A stretch of 64,000 nucleotides of DNA. It comes from Candidatus Multivoraceae bacterium. Its GTDB lineage: Bacteria > Acidobacteriota > Thermoanaerobaculia > Multivoradales > Multivoraceae. Positions 19,010 through 28,947 of the stretch are shown piece after piece. Below the pieces are notes generated by a model. The model saw only the letters and a list, made by a program, of their open reading frames with translations. It was not told where the DNA came from and did not search any database. Location: NCBI GenBank assembly GCA_965219625.1, contig OZ244782.1, positions 1,764,964-1,828,963 on the forward strand. Direction: 5' to 3'. Made by a program: the position numbers and the translations under genes. Every line of letters begins with the position of its first letter. The first letter of the stretch is position 1.

Positions 19010-20494
19010 ATGAACCCTCGCCCCTCGACGCGTTCTCTGACGCTGGGGGATCCAGATCTCCTCCGAGCGCAGGCCTGCATCGACGGTCAGTGGAGCGACG
19101 CGGACTCCGGCGAGACCTTCGCGGTCGAGAACCCGGCGACGGGCGAAGTCCTGGCCGACGTCGCCTGCTGCGGCGCGGCCGAGACCCGGCGAGCCATCGA
19201 GGCCGCCGCGCGGGCGTTCGAGACCTGGCGGCGCACGACGGTCAAGGAACGCGGCGCGCTGCTGCGGCGCTGGTTCGACCTGATGATGGCCAGCCAGGAA
19301 GACCTCGCGCGAATCCTGACCGCCGAGCAGGGGAAACCCCTGACCGAGTCACGCGGCGAGATCGCTTACGGCGCGAACTACGTCGAGTGGTTCGCCGAAG
19401 AGGCGAAGCGGGTCTATGGGGACACGATCCCCGGACCGTCGAACGACAAGCGCATCGTCGCGATCCGGCAGCCCGTCGGCGTTGTCGCCGGCATCACGCC
19501 CTGGAACTTCCCGAACGCCCTGCTGACCCGCAAGATCGCGCCCGCCCTCGCCGCCGGCTGCACGATCGTGTGCAAGCCGGCGAACGAGACGCCGCTCTCG
19601 AGCTTCGCATTGGCCGAGCTCGCGAACCGCGCCGGCCTCCCCGCGGGCGCCGTGAACATCCTCTGCGGCAAGACCGAGGAGATCGGCCTGGAGCTGACCT
19701 CGAACCCGACGGTCCGCAAGCTCAGCTTCACCGGTTCCACCGCGGTCGGCAAGCTGCTTCAGGCCCAGTGCGCCGCCACGATGAAGCGGACATCGATGGA
19801 GCTTGGCGGCAACGCGCCCTTCATCGTCTTCGACGACGCGGACCTCGACGCCGCAGTCGAGGGCGCGATGATCTGCAAGTTCCGGAACGCCGGACAGACC
19901 TGCGTCTGCGCGAACCGCGTTCTGGTCCAGGAAGGCGTCTACGACGAGTTCGCCGGGAAGCTCGGTCGAGCGGTAGCCGGAATGAGGATGGGCAATGGGA
20001 CCGAGGACGGAGTGACGATCGGTCCGCTCATCCACCGCGAGGCCGCCGAGAAGGTGATGAGCTTCATCGAAGACGCTGTCGACCGGGGCGCCGCCGTCGA
20101 GACAGGCGGCGGACCCTCCGACCTGGGGGAGTGCTTCCTTGAACCCACCATCCTCACCGGCGTCAAGGACGACATGCGCTGTTTCCGCGAGGAGGTCTTC
20201 GGCCCGGTCGTCCCCCTGATGAAGTTCAGCACCGAGGAAGAGGCCATCGCCCTGGCGAACGACACCGAATTCGGCCTGGCGAGCTACATCTACGCCCGCG
20301 ACGTCGGCCGCATCTGGAGGGTCAGCGAAGCCCTCGAATTCGGCATCGTCGGCATCAACGAAGGCCTCATTTCGAACGAAATGGCTCCCTTCGGCGGGAT
20401 CAAGGAGTCCGGGCAGGGCAAGGAAGGCTCGAAGTACGGCCTCGACGACTACCTCGAGATGAAGTACATGTGCATCGGCGGAATCGAGAGGTAG
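19010..20494 (+). CDS. gabD: NAD(P)-dependent succinate-semialdehyde dehydrogenase
   Basis: ITPWNFP, SFTGST, MELGGNAP, KFRNAGQTCVCANR, PFGGIKESGQGKEGSKYG. Confidence 0.92.
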   Translation: MNPRPSTRSLTLGDPDLLRAQACIDGQWSDADSGETFAVENPATGEVLADVACCGAAETRRAIEAAARAFETWRRTTVKERGALLRRWFDLMMASQEDLARILTAEQGKPLTESRGEIAYGANYVEWFAEEAKRVYGDTIPGPSNDKRIVAIRQPVGVVAGITPWNFPNALLTRKIAPALAAGCTIVCKPANETPLSSFALAELANRAGLPAGAVNILCGKTEEIGLELTSNPTVRKLSFTGSTAVGKLLQAQCAATMKRTSMELGGNAPFIVFDDADLDAAVEGAMICKFRNAGQTCVCANRVLVQEGVYDEFAGKLGRAVAGMRMGNGTEDGVTIGPLIHREAAEKVMSFIEDAVDRGAAVETGGGPSDLGECFLEPTILTGVKDDMRCFREEVFGPVVPLMKFSTEEEAIALANDTEFGLASYIYARDVGRIWRVSEALEFGIVGINEGLISNEMAPFGGIKESGQGKEGSKYGLDDYLEMKYMCIGGIER

Positions 20495-20521
20495 AGGCGC
20501 TGCGAAGAACCGGGCCTGCGT

Positions 20522-21700
20522 TCAAGGGCCTCGTCTCGACGGCTTGCCGAGCAGCGCGTCGGACACGATCTTCAGCATGATCTCCGACGTGCCCTCGAAG
20601 ATCTTCGTCAGGCGCGCGTCGCGCCAGTAGCGCTCGACGGGGTAGTCCGTCGTGTAGCCGGCGCCTGCCAGCACTTGCAGCGCGTCGGAGCAGACGCGCT
20701 CCGACATCTCGGCGGCGTAGTACTTGACCATCGCCGCCTCCTTCGCGCAGGAGACGCCGGTGTCGATCTTCGCGCACACCGAGTAGTTCAACTGACGGGC
20801 GGCCTCGATCTCGGCCGCCATGTTCGCGATCTTGAAGCGGATGGCCTGGAAGTCGGAGATCGGACGGCGGAACTGGATGCGCTCCTTCGAGTATGCGACC
20901 GCCTGCTCGAGAGCGCCCTGGGCGAGGCCGATCGAACGTGCCGCGGTGTGGGCTCGCGCCGTCTCCAGGCCACGAGCCATCCCATAGAACGCCTGGCCCT
21001 TCGCCTCCCGCTGTCGCTGCGTGATCGGTACGCGGACGTTCTCGAAGTGGAGCTCCCAGGTCGTCCAGCCGTGATAGCCGATCTTCGGAATCGGCGAGCC
21101 GGTGACGCCCTCGGGCAGCTCCCCGGGCGGCTTCTCGATCCCGATGCCCGTCAGGGCCGCGTGGCGTCTCGCCGGGTCACCCTCCGTCCGCGCGATGACC
21201 TGGATGAAGTTCGCGCCGTCGGCGAAGGTGCACCAGTACTTGTTGCCCGTGATCACCCAGTGGTCGTCCTCGACCCGAGCCCGGCAGGTGATCGAGGAGA
21301 TGTCCGAGCCGACTTCCGGCTCCGACATGGCGAGCGCGCCGAGGTACTTGCCACGCGCCATCCATTCGATCCGTTTGCGCCGTTCCTCGCCTTCGAAGGG
21401 GACCGAGCGGTAGAAGCCGTTGCCGCGAGCGATGATGCTGGCCACACTCATCCAGCCGCGAGCGAGCTCTTCCGCGACCAGGCAGTACTCGAACGCACCG
21501 AGTCCGGCGCCGCCGTACTCCTCCGGAATCACGATGCCGAAGAAGCCCAGGTCACCCATCTGGTCGATCAAGGACTGCGGCATCGTCTCCTTCTTCGGGT
21601 CGAGTTCGTTCGCCGTCGGCAAGACCTCCCGGTCGGTGAAATCCCGCGCGGCCTTCCTGAGCATCTCCCGCTCGGGCGTCATGTAGCCGCTAGCCGTCAA
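20522..21700 (-). CDS. Acyl-CoA dehydrogenase
   Basis: AMSEPEVGSD, GNKYWCT, RIQFRRPISDFQAI, RDARLTKIFEGTSEI. Confidence 0.92.
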   Translation of the reverse strand: MTASGYMTPEREMLRKAARDFTDREVLPTANELDPKKETMPQSLIDQMGDLGFFGIVIPEEYGGAGLGAFEYCLVAEELARGWMSVASIIARGNGFYRSVPFEGEERRKRIEWMARGKYLGALAMSEPEVGSDISSITCRARVEDDHWVITGNKYWCTFADGANFIQVIARTEGDPARRHAALTGIGIEKPPGELPEGVTGSPIPKIGYHGWTTWELHFENVRVPITQRQREAKGQAFYGMARGLETARAHTAARSIGLAQGALEQAVAYSKERIQFRRPISDFQAIRFKIANMAAEIEAARQLNYSVCAKIDTGVSCAKEAAMVKYYAAEMSERVCSDALQVLAGAGYTTDYPVERYWRDARLTKIFEGTSEIMLKIVSDALLGKPSRRGP

Positions 21701-22158
21701 GTCGTTGGATCCTGCATCGCGCTGGCGCCAGGTCCCAATCCGGCCAGGAAGTCGTCCACGTTGCGATGCCTGAGCTTCGAGCCGACGACCAGCCAGGCGA
21801 GCAGAATGAGAACGAAGCCGCTGCCGGCGAGGTTCGGCGAGGTGCCGGGCAGAAGCGGCCAGGCGAGCATGGCAAGAACGCCCAGCGCGCCCAGCCCGAG
21901 CAGGCCGACCGCGGCAACGTTCGTCGTGTACTCGGAGCGCTCGACATGGAAGACGACGCGAACGCCCGCCGGCGACCGCTCGACCGAAACCGTGCCATGA
22001 ACGATGCCGGCACGGACGCCGGCGGCGACGGGGAGAGTCAACTGGCCCCCCGAGCCATGCCGATTCCAGGCGCCGTTCCAGGCTTCGCTCCGTCCCGAAA
22101 GGGCCTCGAGTGCCTCGTCCGGCGTTAACGCGAGGCAGATCTCATGCTGGGCGAGCAT
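21697..22158 (-). CDS. Hypothetical membrane protein with two C-terminal TM helices
   Basis: ATG at 22158 just after dusB; stop overlaps next start; two hydrophobic segments. Confidence 0.65.
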   Translation of the reverse strand: MLAQHEICLALTPDEALEALSGRSEAWNGAWNRHGSGGQLTLPVAAGVRAGIVHGTVSVERSPAGVRVVFHVERSEYTTNVAAVGLLGLGALGVLAMLAWPLLPGTSPNLAGSGFVLILLAWLVVGSKLRHRNVDDFLAGLGPGASAMQDPTT

Positions 22159-22187
22159 GCCGTTCGGGGGCCCTGACAGCACGGCGA

Positions 22188-23219
22188 TCAGGCGGCGAGA
22201 TCGCGCTGTTGACGTTCGAAGAACTCCTCCACCGCAAGCAGGAACTTCTCCACCGAATCGAGCTGCTGAATGCGCTGGCGCAGGCGCTTGCCGCTGGGAA
22301 GGCCGTAGGTGTACCAACCGGTGAACTTGCGCAGCTTGTGGAGGGCGAATCGGCCCTCTTCCCGCGCGGCCACCATGCGGAAGTGACTCAGGATCAAGTC
22401 GCGTCGGTCGACCAGGGTCGGCGCCGGCGCCTCAGTTCCCAGCAGGTGGCTCGCAATCTGGTGGAAGATCCAGGGGTTCTTCGTCGCGCCTCGGCCGACC
22501 ATCACGCCGTTGCAACCGGTCTGCCGGAGCATCGATTCGGCGTGTTCGGGCGCTGTGACGTCGCCGTTGCCGATCACCGGAATGTCGAGGGCCTCCTTCA
22601 GGCGGGCGAGATGGCTCCAGTCCGCATCGCCCCGGAACATCTGCTTGGCGGTGCGTGCGTGCAGGGTCACCGCGTCGACGCCCTCGTCTTCACACAGGCG
22701 CCCGAGGTCGAGGTAATTCGCTCGTCCCAGGTCGAGTCCCAACCGGAACTTGACGGTCAGCGGAATACGGATGCGCCGACGGACTGTACGGACAATCCGC
22801 CCGGCCAACCTCAGGTCGCCCATCAGCGCTGCCCCGGCGCAACCCTTGAGCACCTTGTTCGCCGGACAGCCCATGTTGATGTCGCAGACATCGGCGCCGA
22901 GTCCCTCGACCACCTCGGCCGCCTCAGCCATCGTGCTCGCGTCCGAACCGTAAATCTGAATCGCCAGCGGCCGCTCTTCCTCGACGAAGTGCATCAGATC
23001 GCGCGTACGCTGGTTGCCGTCGACGATCGCGCGCGACGAGATGAACTCCATCGACACCAGGCCGACACCGCCCACCCGTCGCACGATCAGCCGAAAGTCC
23101 CGGTCGGTGACTCCCGCCATCGGAGCCAGAAACAGCGGGGGATCGATCGTGACGGCACGTTCCTCCCGACCGAGGACGAGCGGCTCGAGGGCCGGCATGG
23201 CTGCGCCGGGGCGAGTCAT
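22188..23219 (-). CDS. dusB: tRNA-dihydrouridine synthase B
   Basis: LAPMAGVTD, DINMGCP, TVKFRLG, LHART, IGNGDV, VMVGRG. Confidence 0.92.
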   Translation of the reverse strand: MTRPGAAMPALEPLVLGREERAVTIDPPLFLAPMAGVTDRDFRLIVRRVGGVGLVSMEFISSRAIVDGNQRTRDLMHFVEEERPLAIQIYGSDASTMAEAAEVVEGLGADVCDINMGCPANKVLKGCAGAALMGDLRLAGRIVRTVRRRIRIPLTVKFRLGLDLGRANYLDLGRLCEDEGVDAVTLHARTAKQMFRGDADWSHLARLKEALDIPVIGNGDVTAPEHAESMLRQTGCNGVMVGRGATKNPWIFHQIASHLLGTEAPAPTLVDRRDLILSHFRMVAAREEGRFALHKLRKFTGWYTYGLPSGKRLRQRIQQLDSVEKFLLAVEEFFERQQRDLAA

Positions 23220-23360
23220 CCCCGCAGTCTACGCTGTCGGGAGGACCCGCGAGCGCGAACCAGCGCGGAATGGCCCGCATGCGGTCACGAGTCCCTTGCT
23301 TCGGCCGCGGATCCGCCGGCTACGGACCTCGATGGAAGATGCGGGCTAGGATGAGCTGTC

Positions 23361-24983
23361 GTGTCGAGCCCTGCAAGCCCAGGCCCCGACCTCTGTGCCT
23401 GCGGGCTGTTGAGCGACCTGCCGAGACGGTTCCTGAACGGTCAAGATCTCGACCTGCTCCGCCCGCTCCGCCTGGTCCTGCCCGGCGACGAAGCGGAGCT
23501 TGCAGGAACGGGTGGCGCGGAGCTCGACCGCGGCCCCCTGGCGGAGGCGTTGGCAGACCGGAACCGGAGCTACGGTCATCCGGCAGGCTCTCGACTCGCC
23601 GCTTCTCTGGCCGAACCTTCGACTCTGGTCGTCATCACCGGTCAGCAGTGCGGCTTGGCCGGCGGGCCGCTGTTCACGCTGACGAAGGCGGCGGCAGCGG
23701 TTCTCTGGGCCGAGGAACTGACCCGTCGCGGGAGTCAGGCCGTACCGCTGTTCTGGATGGCGTCGGAAGATCACGACTACGCTGAAGTGGCGCGTGCGTG
23801 CTTCCCGCCTACGGCCGCAAAGGAACTGACTCTCGGGGACGACCCGGCGCCGCTCGCGCCCGTCGGCCACCGGAAGCTGGGCGCCGGCGCGACGGCGCTG
23901 CTCGACCGCGTGCTCGAGGCGTCGCCGAGCGACGATTACCGACGCCGGATCAGCGAATGCCGGCCGGAGCTCGCGCCGGACTGCGGTTTCACCGAGTCCT
24001 TTGCCCGCCTGATGATCCGGTTCCTTGGGGAGCGCTGCCCGCTCCTCGTCGACTCGCAACTTCCGGCACTCAAGGAGGCCTCCGCGCCGGTGATTCAGCG
24101 GGCAATCGACCGTCGACGCGAGGTCGACGACGCGCTCGGGAGAGCTGCAGACGAGCTCAGGCAACGCGCCATTCGGCTTCCCGTTCGGTCGCGGCCGGGG
24201 GAATCCCCGTTCTTCCTGGTCGGCGACGACGGCGCGCGGCGGCGCGTCATCTGGGAAGGCGACGACGGCTACCGACTCCGCGGCGGCGGTGCAGGCTCGG
24301 TATCCGAACTCGAGGAGCGACTCCTCGCGGATCCGCGGTCGCTGAGTCCCGGCGTGCTGGCGCGCCCGGCGATTCAGGATGCGGCGTTCGGCACCGCGCT
24401 GACGATCCTGGGGCCCGGCGAACTGGGCTACATGACCCAGGCGCGGGCCCTCCATGAGGAACTCGACATCCGGGCGCCGTCGGTGGCGCTGCGGCCGCAG
24501 GTGCTGCTGATGGGCGTTCGGGAGCGGCGATGGCTCGAGGCGCTGCGAGCCGACGGTCTCGACCTCGACGCCATCCTCTCCCGCCCCGAAGAGCTCGACC
24601 GGTTGCTGGCGAACCGTTGCGGCCTGGGCTTCGTCGCTTCCGCGCGCGACCGGCTCGAGACGCTCGTCGACGACCTCTCGGCCGGGCACCGTGAGATCGA
24701 CCCGCAACTCGAGAGCGCCTGGACGAAGACGGCCGCAAATCTGAGGCGAACGCTGGAGCGATTCGAGCGCCGGGCCGTTGCTGCCGCCGCGCGGCGAGAC
24801 GAGACCCTCCGCGGGCGCGCGCTCCGGCTACGCGAGCACTGCCTGCCAGGCGGCGCCCTCCAGGAGCGCCAGCTCACGTCGCTCCACTGCCTGGCGTCGT
24901 ACGGCGACGAACTCGTCCGGGCGCTCGAACGGCTCGACCGGAATCCGCGCCATCTCCAGATTCTCTGGCTGGAAGCGCGCTGA
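23361..24983 (+). CDS. bshC: Bacillithiol biosynthesis protein BshC
   Basis: VITGQQCGLAGGPLFTLTKA, FWMASEDHDYAE, SPGVLARP, GPGELGY, LQER. Confidence 0.9.
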   Translation: MSSPASPGPDLCACGLLSDLPRRFLNGQDLDLLRPLRLVLPGDEAELAGTGGAELDRGPLAEALADRNRSYGHPAGSRLAASLAEPSTLVVITGQQCGLAGGPLFTLTKAAAAVLWAEELTRRGSQAVPLFWMASEDHDYAEVARACFPPTAAKELTLGDDPAPLAPVGHRKLGAGATALLDRVLEASPSDDYRRRISECRPELAPDCGFTESFARLMIRFLGERCPLLVDSQLPALKEASAPVIQRAIDRRREVDDALGRAADELRQRAIRLPVRSRPGESPFFLVGDDGARRRVIWEGDDGYRLRGGGAGSVSELEERLLADPRSLSPGVLARPAIQDAAFGTALTILGPGELGYMTQARALHEELDIRAPSVALRPQVLLMGVRERRWLEALRADGLDLDAILSRPEELDRLLANRCGLGFVASARDRLETLVDDLSAGHREIDPQLESAWTKTAANLRRTLERFERRAVAAAARRDETLRGRALRLREHCLPGGALQERQLTSLHCLASYGDELVRALERLDRNPRHLQILWLEAR

Positions 24984-25013
24984 GGAAACCGCCGGCCCGG
25001 CGCTCGCGTAGAC

Positions 25014-26234
25014 GTGGACAGGATGCGCATCGGGATCTGCTGCCTCCCCAGCTTCGGAGGCTCCGGCGTGGTGGCTTCGGAGCTGGCTCTCGCATTGGCG
25101 GAAGGGGGCGACGTCGTCCACGTCGTCAGCCTGGCCCGACCGCCACGACTCGACGAACAGCCGGATGTCCACTTCCACGCGGTGGACGGCTCGGAGGTCG
25201 TCGGCCATGGGCTGTTCGATCGTCCCCTGCAAACGCTGGCCATCGCCGACCGCCTGGCGCAGGTCGCATCCGATGCCCGGCTCGACGTTCTCCATGTCCA
25301 CTATGCGGCGCCGCATGCCGTCTCGGCGCTGCTCGCTCAGCGGATTCTGGCGGACTCGGCCGACGATCAGCCGCCGCCGGTCGTCACGACGGTTCACGGC
25401 ACGGACGTGAGCGGCGTGGGCGCCGGTTCGAGCTACCGCGCGATCGTCGGCTGGGCGCTACGGAGCAGCGACCGCGTCACCGCTCCATCCCATGCCCTGG
25501 CGCGGGAGGCGACAGAGCGGTTCGCCCTCGACGAGCCCGTCGAGGTCATCCCGAACTTCGTGCCGGCGGCGGTCGCGCGACGGGCCGAGGGAGCGACGAC
25601 GGACGTTCGGTCAAGCTCCGACCTCAGGATCGCCCACATCTCGAACTTCCGCCCGGTCAAACGCGTGGCCGATGTGGTCGCTGCCTTCGCCCTGGTGCGA
25701 CGGAAGCTGCCTGCCCGGCTCGTCCTGGTCGGGGACGGCCCCGACCGCGCCGATGTCGAGCGGCAGTGCGAGAAACTCGAGATCGCGGACCATGTGTCCT
25801 TCGTTGGCAACGACACGCGGGTCGAACTGGTGCTCGAGGAGAGCGACCTGTTCCTGTCCGCGTCGGAGACGGAGAGCTTCGGGCTGGCATCGCTCGAAGC
25901 GCTCGCCCTCGGCGTACCGGTCGTCGCAACCCGGACGGGCGGCGTTCCGGAGGTCATCTCGGAAGGCCGGAACGGTCTCCTGTCCCCGGTGGGCGACGTG
26001 GAGGGCCTTGCCCGGAACGCTGTCGCCTTGCTGAGCGACTCGTCGCGCCGCCTCGCCTTCGCCGAGCACGGCCGCCACTCGGCTCGCTCCCGGTTCGAAC
26101 GCGGCGCGGTGGTCGCCCGCTACCGGGAACTCTACCGCGCTACACTCGCGCTCCGCGAGAACGCCCCGCAAGGCGTCCGCGGCGGCTTCGGCGGCTGCTT
26201 CAGGGGCCGTCCACACGGGAAGGTTGACGCATGA
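25014..26234 (+). CDS. bshA: N-acetyl-alpha-D-glucosaminyl L-malate synthase (GT4)
   Basis: MRIGICCLPSFGGSGVVASELA, HVHYAAPHA, TTVHGTD, HISNFRPVKR, ESFGLASLEA; adjacent to bshC. Confidence 0.92.
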   Translation: MDRMRIGICCLPSFGGSGVVASELALALAEGGDVVHVVSLARPPRLDEQPDVHFHAVDGSEVVGHGLFDRPLQTLAIADRLAQVASDARLDVLHVHYAAPHAVSALLAQRILADSADDQPPPVVTTVHGTDVSGVGAGSSYRAIVGWALRSSDRVTAPSHALAREATERFALDEPVEVIPNFVPAAVARRAEGATTDVRSSSDLRIAHISNFRPVKRVADVVAAFALVRRKLPARLVLVGDGPDRADVERQCEKLEIADHVSFVGNDTRVELVLEESDLFLSASETESFGLASLEALALGVPVVATRTGGVPEVISEGRNGLLSPVGDVEGLARNAVALLSDSSRRLAFAEHGRHSARSRFERGAVVARYRELYRATLALRENAPQGVRGGFGGCFRGRPHGKVDA

Positions 26235-26605
26235 CAGAACCGACAACGCCACCGACCCCACCCTCTTCTTCGTCGCGGTCGGAACCGGGCTCGAACCGGA
26301 ATCTGATGATCGTGCTGGCCTACCTCTGGATCCTCGTTCTGGTACCGCTTCTGATCGAGGAAAGGGACCGAGAAGTCCAGTGGCACGCCAAGCACGGCCT
26401 CGTCCTGATGGCCGTCGAGTTCGCGTTCTGGATCGTCTTCCAGGTTGGCGTCTTCGTCACCGGCGGCCTCGTTCTCCTGCTCACGCCGTTCGCGTTTCTG
26501 GCGTATCTCGGCTTCATCGTGTTGCGGATCGTCTGCATCGTCCAAGGGGTGAATGGCCGCCGCGTCCAGGTCCCCGTCCTGACCCCGATGGTCGACCGCT
26601 TCTAG
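26231..26605 (+). CDS. DUF4870-like small membrane protein
   Basis: LAYL...VQWHAKHG, three TM segments. Confidence 0.75.
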   Translation: MTEPTTPPTPPSSSSRSEPGSNRNLMIVLAYLWILVLVPLLIEERDREVQWHAKHGLVLMAVEFAFWIVFQVGVFVTGGLVLLLTPFAFLAYLGFIVLRIVCIVQGVNGRRVQVPVLTPMVDRF

Positions 26606-26618
26606 TCGGCGGACGGGA

Positions 26619-26951
26619 ATGGGCGCCTGGCCGGTCGAGGTGCGGCGCGACGAGGAGGCGCGGCTGCTTCGGGTCACTTGGCAGGACGGCCACGAGAGTC
26701 ACTTCGAGTACGACGTGCTCCGCGGCTATTGCCCTTGCGCCATGTGCCAGGGCCACAACGCCGGACCGCTCAAGTACCGGCCGCCACCGAAGCCGGTCAC
26801 CCCGCGATCGGTCTCCCAGGTCGGGAACTACGCTCTCGGCATCGCCTGGTCCGACGGCCACTGGACCGGGATCTACCGCTTCGACCTCCTCCGTTCGATG
26901 TGTCCCTGCCGAACGTGCCGGTCAGCGGCTGCCGGCGACCCGACGAAGTAG
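26619..26951 (+). CDS. DUF971 / GBBH-like N-terminal domain protein
   Basis: WQDGH, LRGYCPCAMC, VGNYALGIAWSDGHWTGIY, CPCRTC. Confidence 0.88.
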   Translation: MGAWPVEVRRDEEARLLRVTWQDGHESHFEYDVLRGYCPCAMCQGHNAGPLKYRPPPKPVTPRSVSQVGNYALGIAWSDGHWTGIYRFDLLRSMCPCRTCRSAAAGDPTK

Positions 26952-27632
26952 CTCGCGGGTGCGCTGAAGATCTCCAGGCGTATTCACGTTGAGCAGCAGC
27001 TCGTCCGGGTCGCCGCAACGGCTCGAATCGACGATCTCGACCCGTAGATCCGCGCTTCGAAGCAGCGGATAGAGCCGGAGGTCGCCGCCCTCGACGCGGC
27101 TCGCCAGCACGGCGAGCGCGGTCGGCGTCCACAGCGCGCAGGTGGGGTTCGCGCGACGCGAATCGAGGCGCTCATCCTCGGCCGCCGCAGCCAGATCGGC
27201 CGTCGATTCCGCAAGCAACGTCAAGAGCGCGCGCGACACGAGCGGCAGATCGCAGGCGAGCGCGAGAAGACGCTGACCCGGTCTCGCCTGGGCGGCGCCG
27301 AGAAGTCCCGCCGCCGGGCCGGCGCCCGGCCCGTCGTCGACCCGGAAAGGCGGCGCCATGGCGTCCAGGCCGTCGGCGGCGCCGGTCTCGATCTCCAGGG
27401 CGCGTTCGTTTCCGGCGGCGCCGGCAGCGACGATCACCTCGTCCACGGCATCGACTCCGGCGAGGCGCCGCACCGCCCAGGCGGTCAAGCTGGGCCCCGC
27501 CTCGTCCGCTTCACCCACCACGCTCCCCGGCAGCCGAAGCCCCGCCTTGCTCCCTCCGAGCCGGCGACCCCGTCCGCCCGCCAGGACGAGGCCGACGATC
27601 GACCCCTCGGTCACCGGGATGGCTCTCCGCAA
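26922..27632 (-). CDS. mobA: Molybdenum cofactor guanylyltransferase
   Basis: LVLAGGRGRRLGGSKA, GAGPAAGL, LACDLP, LNVNTPGDL. Confidence 0.82.
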   Translation of the reverse strand: MRRAIPVTEGSIVGLVLAGGRGRRLGGSKAGLRLPGSVVGEADEAGPSLTAWAVRRLAGVDAVDEVIVAAGAAGNERALEIETGAADGLDAMAPPFRVDDGPGAGPAAGLLGAAQARPGQRLLALACDLPLVSRALLTLLAESTADLAAAAEDERLDSRRANPTCALWTPTALAVLASRVEGGDLRLYPLLRSADLRVEIVDSSRCGDPDELLLNVNTPGDLQRTRELLRRVAGSR

Positions 27633-27718
27633 GGAAGCGGCACGGGCCGAGGGCTGCTACGCTCCACGCCGCCTGCGGCATAGAGCCCAGGCGCATTCAC
27701 TTCCAGGAGATCGACCAG

Positions 27719-28312
27719 ATGGAACGCTCGTCGACTGCTACATGGAGTCGCTTCTTGATCTACGCAGGCTTCGCCGCAACCACCGTTCTTCTTTCGACCC
27801 CCGGCTTCGGCCAGGACACTGCGCCGCGAGTGGCCCTCGAGACGAGCCACGGCACGATCGTGCTGGAGCTGAATCCGGAGGAGGCGCCGCTGACGGTCGC
27901 GAACTTCCTCGACTACGTGGGCCGCGGCTGGTACGACGGCACGATCTTCCATCGCGTGATCGACGGCTTCATGATCCAGGGCGGCGGCTTCGACACCCGC
28001 GGCCAGAAGAAGATCACGCGCCCCCCGATTCAGAACGAATCGAAGAACGGGCTCTCCAACCAGCGCGGGACGATCTCGATGGCGCGGACCGGCGACCCCC
28101 ACAGCGCCACCGCCCAGTTCTTCATCAACTCGGTCGACAACGAGGGCCTGGATGGGAGCCGTTCCGAGTGGGGCTACGCCGTCTTCGGCAAGGTCGTCGA
28201 GGGTCTGGACGTCGTCGACTCGATCTCGAAGACGGAGGTCAGACCGGGTCAGATGAGCACGGCCGAACCGGTCGAGACCGTCATTATCCAGAGCGCGAAG
28301 AAGGCCAACTAG
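27719..28312 (+). CDS. ppiA: Cyclophilin-type peptidyl-prolyl cis-trans isomerase, exported
   Basis: Signal peptide, FHRVIDGFMIQGGG, MARTGDPHSATAQFFIN, GYAVFGKV. Confidence 0.92.
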   Translation: MERSSTATWSRFLIYAGFAATTVLLSTPGFGQDTAPRVALETSHGTIVLELNPEEAPLTVANFLDYVGRGWYDGTIFHRVIDGFMIQGGGFDTRGQKKITRPPIQNESKNGLSNQRGTISMARTGDPHSATAQFFINSVDNEGLDGSRSEWGYAVFGKVVEGLDVVDSISKTEVRPGQMSTAEPVETVIIQSAKKAN

Positions 28313-28406
28313 CCCGAGCGGCGTCCGCAACGACGTCGCTTCGGACCCTGCCAGGCGGGCGCCGGCGTTCGAGCAGGTGGTCTCCCGCCGCCCGCGAACG
28401 TCAGCT

Positions 28407-28491
28407 TGGTGCCGAAGGCCGGACTCGAACCGGCACGGGTTGCCCCACACGGCCCTCAACCGTGCGCGTCTACCAATTCCGCCACTTCGGC
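28407..28491 (-). tRNA. tRNA-Leu (GAG)
   Basis: GCCGAAGTGGCGGAATTGGTAGACGCG...CACGG TT GAG GG CCGTG...GGTTCGAGTCC...TTCGGCACCA; long variable arm; usual position after secG. Confidence 0.97.
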
Positions 28492-28509
28492 TTGGGTCAC
28501 CTTCGTTCG

Positions 28510-28914
28510 CTAGTTCTGATCGGGGCTGCCCGCGTCGGCCGGCGGTTCAGCCGGCTCGGGCTCGGCGGCTGCCGGGTCGGCGGCCTCGGCCGGCGTCGCT
28601 TCGCCAGGCGCAGCTTCGGGCTCGGCGGGCTCGGCGGGCTGGACATCGTCCATGACCGACTCGACGCCGCTCATCACGGATGAGGTCGTCTGCTTCTGCG
28701 TGATGCCGATGGACAGCGTGGTGCCGATGAAGACGACGAAGCAGATGACCGTGAGCTTGTGGAGCAGCGTGGTCGCCCCGCGAGCGCCGAAGGCGGCCTG
28801 CGAGGCGCCGCCGCCGAAGACGGAGAGATCGGCGCCCTTGCCCTGCTGAAGCAGGACGACCAGAACCAGGAACAGCGAAACCGCCACATGGACGGCATAG
28901 AACAGGTAGATCAA
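28510..28914 (-). CDS. secG: Preprotein translocase subunit SecG
   Basis: VLLQQGKGADLSVFGGG...FGARGATTLLHKLT; acidic Pro/Ala-rich tail. Confidence 0.93.
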   Translation of the reverse strand: MIYLFYAVHVAVSLFLVLVVLLQQGKGADLSVFGGGASQAAFGARGATTLLHKLTVICFVVFIGTTLSIGITQKQTTSSVMSGVESVMDDVQPAEPAEPEAAPGEATPAEAADPAAAEPEPAEPPADAGSPDQN

Positions 28915-28947
28915 GTGCGTCTCCTCATCCGGTTCCGGGCGGAGCGG

